Below are positions 18,794 to 26,544 of a stretch of 64,000 nt of DNA, piece by piece. The translations under genes were made by a program, and so were the position numbers. The stretch comes from a bacterium. GTDB lineage: Bacteria > Hinthialibacterota > Hinthialibacteria > Hinthialibacterales > Hinthialibacteraceae. Under the pieces are notes generated by a model that worked only from the letters and a program-made list of their open reading frames with translations, searched no databases and was not told the origin of the DNA. Numbering within the stretch: the first letter of the stretch is position 1; each line of letters starts with the position of its first letter. The stretch lies in assembly GCA_041946805.1 (NCBI GenBank), contig JBHGBC010000002.1, forward strand, positions 1 to 64,000, in the 5' to 3' direction.

Positions 18794-20166
18794 TTCTTCT
18801 TCTCCCGCTGGTTCCGGGCGAGTTCCTCCCACAGTTTCATCCGTTCCTGGATTTGTTTTTCCCGTCCCTGACCGGTGGGTTCATAAAAGCGCATGCCTTG
18901 CAGGCGGCCGGGCAGATGCTCCTGGTCCACGAAGGCGTTTTCGTAATCGTGGGCGTATTTGTATCCTTTCCCATATTCCAATTCTTTCATGAGGGACGTG
19001 GGGGCGTTGCGGATCGTCTTGGGCACGGGCAGATAACCATGTTCCTTCACCGCCTGCACCGCCTGGCCGTAGGCCATGTAAATCGAATTGCTTTTGGGCG
19101 CCGTGGCCATATACACGGCGGCCTGCGCCAACGCCAGTTCGCCCTCGGGAGAACCCAAAAAGTGATACGCGTCCCGCGCGGCCATCGCCAGCAGGAGAGC
19201 GTTGGGGTCGGCCAGGCCGATGTCTTCCGAGGCGAACCGGATGATCCGGCGGGCCACGTACAGCGGATCTTCCCCCGCGGTCAACATGCGCGCCAGCCAG
19301 TAGATCGTCCCCTGCGGATCGCTGTCCCGCATGCTCTTGTGCAGGGCCGAGATCAGGTTGTAATGTTCCTCCCCCGACTTGTCATAGAGAATCCGTTTTT
19401 CCTGCAGGACGTGCGTGACTGCCTCCACGGTCAGGCGGATGGGGCCGTCTTGGAGCGCCAGGTACTCCACCACCTGCTCCAGCGCGTTCAACGCGGTCCG
19501 CGCGTCGCCGTGCGAGACCCGGGCGATGGCCCGCAAGGCCTCGTCCTCCGCTTCCACCGGTTTCCCCTCGCCCCGCAACTGCTCCACCCCGCGCCGCAGA
19601 ATCGTCTCCAGATGTTCGGGTTCGAGCAGGTTCAGCGTGTAGACGGTCACCCGGGAGAGCAGCGCGCCGATCACTTCGAACGAGGGATTCTCCGTCGTCG
19701 CTCCGATCAGCGTGATCAATCCCGACTCCACGTGCGGCAGCAACGAATCCTGCTGCGATTTGTTCCAGCGGTGGATTTCGTCGATGAAGAGGATCGTTCC
19801 GATTCCCGACTCCCGCCGCTGCCGTTGGGCGTGCTCCACCACCGCCCGCAGGTCCTTGAGGCCGCTGCCGGTTGCCGACAATTTCACGAAGGCGGCCTTC
19901 GACCTCCGCGCCAGAATCCGCGCCAGCGTGGTTTTCCCGCTGCCTGGCGGTCCCCAGAGAATCATGGAGGAAATCCGATCCCGCTCGAGGGCCTGCCGCA
20001 GAGGACGCCCCGCGCCCAGAATCTCTTCCTGCCCGCAAAACTCCTCCAGCCGCCGGGGACGGCAGCGTTCGGCCAGGGGGGCGGCGGCCGCGTGACCCGC
20101 GTCTTCGTCCGGCTCTCCCGGCGGAGGCGGCGCGAACAAGGAATCTTGTGTGGATCGCTCTTTCAT
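18790..20166 (-). CDS. rarA: Replication-associated recombination protein A (AAA+ ATPase)
   Basis: PLAERCRP, WGPPGSGKTT, FIDEIHRWNKSQQD, GATTENPSF, ISALHKSMRDSD, ASEDIGLADP. Confidence 0.96.
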   Translation of the reverse strand: MKERSTQDSLFAPPPPGEPDEDAGHAAAAPLAERCRPRRLEEFCGQEEILGAGRPLRQALERDRISSMILWGPPGSGKTTLARILARRSKAAFVKLSATGSGLKDLRAVVEHAQRQRRESGIGTILFIDEIHRWNKSQQDSLLPHVESGLITLIGATTENPSFEVIGALLSRVTVYTLNLLEPEHLETILRRGVEQLRGEGKPVEAEDEALRAIARVSHGDARTALNALEQVVEYLALQDGPIRLTVEAVTHVLQEKRILYDKSGEEHYNLISALHKSMRDSDPQGTIYWLARMLTAGEDPLYVARRIIRFASEDIGLADPNALLLAMAARDAYHFLGSPEGELALAQAAVYMATAPKSNSIYMAYGQAVQAVKEHGYLPVPKTIRNAPTSLMKELEYGKGYKYAHDYENAFVDQEHLPGRLQGMRFYEPTGQGREKQIQERMKLWEELARNQREKKK

Positions 20167-20279
20167 GGCATGGTGTTGGCACGCATGGATCTGGATTACG
20201 GCCCTGGAACGGTATCATACCTTCATCGCCCGCTTTCCGCTACGCGATGGGGAACGGCCGCCCGGCCTGGAAACCGGTT

Positions 20280-20879
20280 ATGAACGAAATTGTACAATTT
20301 CAAAAACACGCCGTCCATTTCATCCAGTTGTACGTCGATGAAATCCGCGGCCTGGTTCTGTCTCCGGCCGAGTTCTTCCACCGCGGACAGGACGATTCCG
20401 GATTCCTCGAGCCGACGCTCTTCGCCGCGGTCAACATCCTGATCCCCAAACTCTTCTACGCCCTGCTCTTCGCCCCCCTGACGCTGGGCGTGTCCCTGCT
20501 GTTCGTGCTGCCGGCGGTCGTGTATGGCATCGCCACGCTCTTCGTTTCGGCCATCATCCTTCACGGCCTGGTTCGTCTCTTCGGCGGCGGAGCGGATTTC
20601 GAAACCACCTACCGCGGCGTGGCCTATTCCAGTGTGGCCTTCTACGCCTGGCTCATCCCGCTCCCGTTCGTCAACCTGATCCTTTTCACCGCCTTGTATT
20701 GCGCCTTGCTCTACATCGCCTTGCGCGAGACCCACGGTCTCCCGCCTCAACACCTCGTCCTGCTTCTCCTTCTGCCCGCCTTCCTCATGCTCCTCTCCGG
20801 GGCGGTTCTCACCGTCGTGACCCTGTGGATCGTCAGCCGCGGCCTGTATCTTGTGCTGAGCTTCCTGGTCCCAGGATAA
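20280..20879 (+). CDS. YIP1 family membrane protein
   Basis: LVLSPAEFF, HGLVRLFGGGADFETTYRGVAYS, IALRETHGL; about 5 TM; start reassigned to ATG 20280. Confidence 0.75.
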   Translation: MNEIVQFQKHAVHFIQLYVDEIRGLVLSPAEFFHRGQDDSGFLEPTLFAAVNILIPKLFYALLFAPLTLGVSLLFVLPAVVYGIATLFVSAIILHGLVRLFGGGADFETTYRGVAYSSVAFYAWLIPLPFVNLILFTALYCALLYIALRETHGLPPQHLVLLLLLPAFLMLLSGAVLTVVTLWIVSRGLYLVLSFLVPG

Positions 20880-21009
20880 CCTTCACTCACCCACGCCATC
20901 CCGCAAAGCAGGATCTAAATGCCTAGTCCGGCAGGATGGAAGTGCCCGGAGTGCGTCACCCATCGCCTCCTGGCCCTCCGGATTCAGACAATCCCCTCCC
21001 GCCACCTGC

Positions 21010-21038
21010 TTGACACATTTCATCCGCCAGACTATTCT
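21010..21038 (+). promoter_or_regulatory. Sigma-70 promoter of the tetR-RND operon
   Basis: TTGACA (21010-21015), 17-nt spacer, TATTCT (21033-21038). Confidence 0.7.
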
Positions 21039-21042
21039 TGGA

Positions 21043-21070
21043 TTAAGTGACTGACGCGTCCGTCCATTAA
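21043..21070. promoter_or_regulatory. Candidate TetR operator palindrome
   Basis: ttaagtgactgacgcgtccgtccattaa, 22/28 self-complementary, at the predicted transcription start. Confidence 0.65.
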
Positions 21071-21105
21071 CTCATCCGGATTGCCAGGACCGGCGATCCC
21101 TGGGA

Positions 21106-21774
21106 GTGAACATGGTAACCGCCCCCGCCCGCAAGACCGGACGTCCCAAGAACGAACTCCTCACCGCCCGCCGGCGGGAGGAAATCCTCCACGCCGCCGC
21201 CCATGTGTTCGCGGCGCGGGGGTATCCCAACACCGACCTGCAGGTCGTGGCCGACACCCTGAAAATCGGCAAGGGGACCATCTACCGCTACTTTCCCAGC
21301 AAGCGCGAGCTCTTCCTGGCGGCGGTCGACCAGGGCATGCAACGCCTGCGCGACCTCATCGACGCCACCCTGGAAGGCATCGGCGATCCCTTCGAAAAAA
21401 TCGTGGCCGGCATCCGGACTTACCTCGCCTACTTCGACGAGCATCCGGAAACCGCCGAATTGCTCATTCAGGAACGGGCCGAATTCCGCGACCGCAAAAA
21501 ACCGACCTATTTCGAATATTGTGACGCGGTGGCCAATACCTGGCAGGTGATCTTCGAAAATTTGATCCAACAAGGCCGGGTGCGCCGGATTCCCGTGGAA
21601 CGAATCCTGGACGTGTTCGGCAATCTGCTGTACGGCACCATGTTCACCAACTTCTTCATGGGGCCGAACAAGTCCTTCGAGGACCAGGCTCACGACATCG
21701 TGGATATCGCTTTTTTCGGCATTTTGAGCCCGAAAGAGCAACTCCGGCAGCAACGGTTCTCCAAACCGGCCTGA
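21106..21774 (+). CDS. TetR/AcrR family transcriptional regulator
   Basis: RREEILHAAAHVFAARGY..TDLQVVADTLKIGKGTIYRYFPSKRELF helix-turn-helix. Confidence 0.95.
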   Translation: MNMVTAPARKTGRPKNELLTARRREEILHAAAHVFAARGYPNTDLQVVADTLKIGKGTIYRYFPSKRELFLAAVDQGMQRLRDLIDATLEGIGDPFEKIVAGIRTYLAYFDEHPETAELLIQERAEFRDRKKPTYFEYCDAVANTWQVIFENLIQQGRVRRIPVERILDVFGNLLYGTMFTNFFMGPNKSFEDQAHDIVDIAFFGILSPKEQLRQQRFSKPA

Positions 21775-21817
21775 CCCGGAGACCGGCACGTATGCCGCCG
21801 TGGACAAGGAAGCCATC

Positions 21818-22981
21818 ATGATCCGCCCGTCTACCACTTCGTTCTCCCGCCCCGGATCCTCCCCTTTCCGGCCATCCCAGTTTCCGGCGTGGTTCCTCCC
21901 GGTTTTGATCCTCGGTTTGTCCGGCCCGGGATGTCAAAAAGCGGAAAATCAACCGCCCGCCAACATCGCCTTCGCCGCGCCCGAGGCCACGCCCACTCCC
22001 GCGCCCGCGGTGGTACCCCCGGAAGGACGCCAGGTCCCCGTAGTCCGCGGCCGGCTGCGGCAAATTTTCCCCGCCGTGGGGAGCCTCCGCGCCAAGCAGG
22101 TGACCAATATCGGGCCCCAGGTCACCGGCCGGGTGGATGCCGTTTTGGTGGATGTCGGCGACGTGGTCCGGGAGGGGCAGGAACTGGTGCGGATCGATCC
22201 CTCGTTCTTCTCCATCGAGCTGGATCAGCGGAAAGCCGAGGTCGAAAGCGCCAAGGTGGCCCTGGCCAACGCCGAGCTCAATTACAACCGCATGAAGGCG
22301 CTCTGGGAAGTACCCACGGGCGAAAGTCCGTCGATTTCCCAAAAACTGTACGACGACGCCAAGGCTCAGTACAACGCCGCCCAAGCCCAACTGAAAGTCG
22401 CGGAAGCCGCCCTGCGCTATTCCGAAAAACGGGTGCGCGAAACCGTGATCCGCGCGCCTTATGACGGGATGATCACCAAGCGGTTTGTCCACCTGGGCGA
22501 ACTGGTGACCTCCGTCCCGGTGTCCCGGATACTCGAAATCCAGGAAATCCGCACGCTGGAACTCGAATTTTCGCTTCCGCAAACCATGCTGTCCCAAGTG
22601 CAAAAAGGCACGCCCATCGAGTTCACCGTGGAAGGCGTCGCGGAGGAGAGCGCCCCGGGTTCCATTGCCATTGTGTATCCGGATATGGACGAAATCACCC
22701 GCTCCTTCCGGTGCCGGGTGTATGTGGACAACACCGGATTGAAATACCGGCCGGGGCTTTTGGCTCAAGTCCGGGTGATTCTTCAGGAAATCCCCGATGC
22801 GCTGATCGTTCCCCGCACGGCGTTGAATCAAAAAGGAGACGACTGGCGCGTGACCGTCTTGAAGGACAACGTCCCCGAGGTCCGGCCCGTGAAAGTCGGC
22901 CTGCTCACAGACGATCAGGCCGAAATCGTGGAAGGCCTCGCCGAGCACGAGGTGATCCTGATCCCCAAGACGGCGTCCTGA
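21818..22981 (+). CDS. RND efflux periplasmic adaptor (MFP)
   Basis: IGPQVTGRVDAVLVDVGDVVREGQELVRID, coiled hairpin, IRAPYDG, ALIVPRTAL, VKVGL..AEIVEGL; possible lipoprotein Cys (GPGC). Confidence 0.93.
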   Translation: MIRPSTTSFSRPGSSPFRPSQFPAWFLPVLILGLSGPGCQKAENQPPANIAFAAPEATPTPAPAVVPPEGRQVPVVRGRLRQIFPAVGSLRAKQVTNIGPQVTGRVDAVLVDVGDVVREGQELVRIDPSFFSIELDQRKAEVESAKVALANAELNYNRMKALWEVPTGESPSISQKLYDDAKAQYNAAQAQLKVAEAALRYSEKRVRETVIRAPYDGMITKRFVHLGELVTSVPVSRILEIQEIRTLELEFSLPQTMLSQVQKGTPIEFTVEGVAEESAPGSIAIVYPDMDEITRSFRCRVYVDNTGLKYRPGLLAQVRVILQEIPDALIVPRTALNQKGDDWRVTVLKDNVPEVRPVKVGLLTDDQAEIVEGLAEHEVILIPKTAS

Positions 22982-23098
22982 GGAGGGGGGGGTTACAGGA
23001 ACAGGGTGGTGAGTTTCGCTTAGCTCAATCCACCCTGCCGAGGGCAAGGACATAAAGGGCGTAAAGGACGTGGCAGGCCAGATGCCTGCTTCACAAAT

Positions 23099-23132
23099 CC
23101 CCTCACCCTGGCCCTCTCCCAGAGGGAGAGGG
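23099..23132 (+). repeat. 33-bp REP-like palindrome within a repeat mosaic between the MFP and RND genes
   Basis: cccctcaccctggccctctcccagagggagaggg. Confidence 0.85.
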
Positions 23133-23327
23133 GATTTGAAAATGCAGGGGGGCGTGGGTGTCGCGCGGGGCGCGGACCCACACTCCCAGATTATCGCGCG
23201 GCCGGCCGGTTCGGCGGGAACCTGGCCCTCCCCGGGGGGCGAAGGCGCGCCGGATGAACCATCAAATTCAATCGCCAGTATCCCCGGCCGAATCCCACGG
23301 GATTCCCGCCCGGGAAGGATCCCGTCC

Positions 23328-26300
23328 ATGACCATTTCCGATATCGCCATCCGGCGTCCCGTTTTCACCACGATGGTGCTCATGGCCATCATCGTCTTTG
23401 GGATCGTATCGTTTCAATCCATCGGCATCGATCTGTACCCCCGCGTGGAATTCCCGGTCATCGTCGTGGTCTCGGTCCTGCCCGGCGCCGATCCGGAAAC
23501 CATCGAAACCACGGTGAGCGACCCGATCGAGGAAGCGGTCTCCACCATCAGCTCCATCAAGTACCTGCGTTCGGTCAGTTCCGACAGCGTATCCCAGGTG
23601 GTCATCGAATTCGAACTGGAGAAAAACGTCGACGTGGCCTACCAGGAAGTCCAGGCCAAATTGGGCGCCATCCGCTCCCTGCTGCCCAAGGACCTGGAAG
23701 ATCCCACGGTCATGAAAATGGACCTCGACGCGGCCCCCATTCTCGCCATCATGGTTTCGGGCGAACTTCCCATCCGCGAGTTGACCCGCCTCGCCGACAA
23801 GGTCATCAAGGAACGGTTGCAGCGCATCCGCAATGTGGGGCAGGTCAAGCTCGTCGGCGGGCAAGAACGCAAGATGTGGTTGTGGCTCGATCCCAGCAAA
23901 CTGGAGGGATACGGCCTGACCGTGCAGGACGTGGAGCAGGCCCTGCGCGCCGAGCACATCGAGTATCCCGGCGGCCGGGTGGAGACCGGATCCAAGGAAT
24001 ACATTGTCAAGACCAAGGCGGAGTTCACCTCGCAGGAGGAATTCGCCAACCTGGTCGTCGCCTACCGGAACAACGCGCCGGTGCGGATCCAGGATCTCGG
24101 CCGCGCCGAGGACGGCCTGGAAGAGCAACGTTCGCTGGCCCGCCTCAACGAACAACGGGCCGTCGCCCTGCTGGTCCGCCGGCAGTCCGGCACCAACACC
24201 GTGGAAGTGGCCGACGCGCTCAAGAAGGAAGTGGAGGTCCTGCGGCGGGAATTGGCGCCGCAAGGCATCCGGCTGGAAATCGCCCAGGACCTGTCCCATT
24301 ACATCAAGGAATCCGTGAACGAGGTGCATTTCCACCTGTTGTTCGGCGGGGGACTGGCGGTGGTCATCGTCTTTTTCTTTCTCCGGAATCCCCGCAGCAC
24401 GTTCATTTCGTCGCTGGTGCTGCCCACGTCGGTCATCGGCACCTTCACGCTCATGTACGCGCTGGGATTCACCCAGAACACCATGACCCTCCTGGCGCTG
24501 TCGCTCTCCATCGGCCTGCTGATCGATGATGCCATCGTCGTGCAGGAAAACATCATGCGGCACATCGAGGCCGGATGGCCGCCGCGGGAAGCCGCCAGCC
24601 GGGCGACACATGAAATCGCGCTGGCCGTCTTCGCCACCACCATGTCGGTGGTGGCCGTCTTCGTGCCGGTGGCCTTCATGAAGGGCATCGTCGGCCAGTT
24701 CTTCTATCAATTCGGCCTCTGCGTGGCCTTCGCCGTTCTGCTCTCCATGTTCGTCTCCTTCACCCTCGATCCCATGCTCTCCTCCCGGATCCTGCGCCAG
24801 CCCAAACGCGGCCTGTTGTACCGGATCTCGGAAGAATTCTTCACGGCGGTCGACACGGCCTACGAATGGCTGCTGCACATCTCCCTGCGCCACCGGTGGG
24901 CGGTCCTATTGGCGGCCGGCGCCTCGCTTTATTCGGCCGTCTACCTGGGCCAGTACCTGAAAACGGAATTTCTTCCCAAGGAAGACCGCAGCGAGTTCAA
25001 CATCCGCGTGAAGGCGCCCCTCGGCTCGTCCCTCACTTACACGGATGCGGTTCTGCGGATGATCCGTCAGCGCCTGCAGACCCAGCCCTGGGTGGCGTTC
25101 ACGTTTTCCACCATCGGAGCCGACTCGCTGGAACGGGTCAACGAGGGCGCCATCTACGTCAAAATGACCGAAAAAGCCGCCCGGACCGTGAATCAGAGCG
25201 AGGCCATGAGTTGGATTCGGGCGCAAATGGCGGATTGGCCCGATGTCAAAACGAGCGTCGAAATGGTGGACGCGATCGGGGGCAGCAATCAGCGGGTCAC
25301 CGACATCGAACTGGAGATCCGGGGCTCCGGCCTGGACCGGCTCGAGGCGGCCACCGGGGAAGTGATGGCGTTCATGAACTCCGCCGGCGGTTATGTGGAC
25401 ATCGACACCAGCTACGAAAAAAACAAGCCCCAGGTCAACGTGTACGTGAAACGGGACCGCGCGGCCGACCTGGGCGTCAGCCCCCTCTCCATCGCCGCGA
25501 CCATCAAGGCCCTGATCGGCGGCGATGACGTCAGCAAGTTCCGCTTCGCGGGCGACCGCTACGACGTCAGCGTCCGGCTGCAGGAACCATTCCGCAACCG
25601 CCCCGAATCCATCAACCGCCTCAAGGTCCGCAACAACCGGGGCGAACTGGTCAGTCTCGAAAACGTGGCCCGCGTCGTGGAGGAAACCGGCCCCGTGCAG
25701 ATCGACCGGCACAACCGCACCCGGCAAGTGACCGTCCGCGCGAATCTTCAGGACGGCCGCAAGGTCCTGGGCGACGCGGTGGCCGAACTGAGCCAGTTCC
25801 TGGAAAAAGTGAACTTCCCCCCCGGATACAGTTACATGTTCGCGGGTCACGCCGACGTCATGGCCGAATCCTTCTACTACCTGCTCTTCGCCCTGATGAT
25901 GACCATCATCATGGTCTACATGGTGCTGGCCTCGCAGTTCGAAAGCTTCGTCCACCCCTTCACCATCATGCTGACCCTGCCCCTCTCGGTGGTCGGCGCC
26001 CTCGGCGCGGTCATCCTCACCGGCAAGACCATCAACATCATGACCTTGATCGGCATGATCATGCTCATGGGCCTGGTAACCAAAAACGCCATCCTCCTGG
26101 TCGATTTCACCAACACCTTGCGTTTCCGTGACGGGATGGAACGCGACGCCGCCATCCTCAAGGCTGGACCGATCCGCCTCCGCCCCATCCTGATGACCAC
26201 CTTCGCCATCATTTTCGGCATGCTGCCGGGCGCACTCGGCGCCGGGGAAGGCTCCGAATCCCGCGCTCCCATGTCCATCGGCGTCATCGGCGGGCTGACC

Positions 26301-26450
26301 ACCTCCACCCTCCTCTCGCTGGTCGTCGTGCCAGTGGTTTACACCCTGTTCGACGATCTGCAACATCCCCGTACCTGGAGGATCTGGAACTGGTTCCATA
26401 AACGGCAATCCCAGCCGGTGATGGCCCCCGAGACGGCGGACGGGAAATAG
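23328..26450 (+). CDS. RND efflux permease (HAE1/AcrB family)
   Basis: MTISDIAIRRPVFT start, GLLIDDAIVVQEN, GLVTKNAILLVDF, RLRPILMTT; start reassigned to ATG 23328. Confidence 0.96.
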   Translation: MTISDIAIRRPVFTTMVLMAIIVFGIVSFQSIGIDLYPRVEFPVIVVVSVLPGADPETIETTVSDPIEEAVSTISSIKYLRSVSSDSVSQVVIEFELEKNVDVAYQEVQAKLGAIRSLLPKDLEDPTVMKMDLDAAPILAIMVSGELPIRELTRLADKVIKERLQRIRNVGQVKLVGGQERKMWLWLDPSKLEGYGLTVQDVEQALRAEHIEYPGGRVETGSKEYIVKTKAEFTSQEEFANLVVAYRNNAPVRIQDLGRAEDGLEEQRSLARLNEQRAVALLVRRQSGTNTVEVADALKKEVEVLRRELAPQGIRLEIAQDLSHYIKESVNEVHFHLLFGGGLAVVIVFFFLRNPRSTFISSLVLPTSVIGTFTLMYALGFTQNTMTLLALSLSIGLLIDDAIVVQENIMRHIEAGWPPREAASRATHEIALAVFATTMSVVAVFVPVAFMKGIVGQFFYQFGLCVAFAVLLSMFVSFTLDPMLSSRILRQPKRGLLYRISEEFFTAVDTAYEWLLHISLRHRWAVLLAAGASLYSAVYLGQYLKTEFLPKEDRSEFNIRVKAPLGSSLTYTDAVLRMIRQRLQTQPWVAFTFSTIGADSLERVNEGAIYVKMTEKAARTVNQSEAMSWIRAQMADWPDVKTSVEMVDAIGGSNQRVTDIELEIRGSGLDRLEAATGEVMAFMNSAGGYVDIDTSYEKNKPQVNVYVKRDRAADLGVSPLSIAATIKALIGGDDVSKFRFAGDRYDVSVRLQEPFRNRPESINRLKVRNNRGELVSLENVARVVEETGPVQIDRHNRTRQVTVRANLQDGRKVLGDAVAELSQFLEKVNFPPGYSYMFAGHADVMAESFYYLLFALMMTIIMVYMVLASQFESFVHPFTIMLTLPLSVVGALGAVILTGKTINIMTLIGMIMLMGLVTKNAILLVDFTNTLRFRDGMERDAAILKAGPIRLRPILMTTFAIIFGMLPGALGAGEGSESRAPMSIGVIGGLTTSTLLSLVVVPVVYTLFDDLQHPRTWRIWNWFHKRQSQPVMAPETADGK

Positions 26451-26544
26451 TCCTTCGACAGGTCTTATCTTGTGGCCCGGTCTACGTCATAATTGCACGG
26501 GGTGACTTTTCATCCCACTCATTTTCGCGTGAAGGAGCAAGCGC

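Noticed and set aside
19872..20279. N-terminal extension of the YIP1 ORF
   Set aside because: It overlaps rarA on the opposite strand and is low-complexity; ATG 20280 is the likely start.
23070..23327. 86-aa N-terminal extension of the RND permease in the ORF track
   Set aside because: It is a read-through of REP repeats (PSPWPSPRGRG); the family-typical start is MTISDIAIRRP at 23328.
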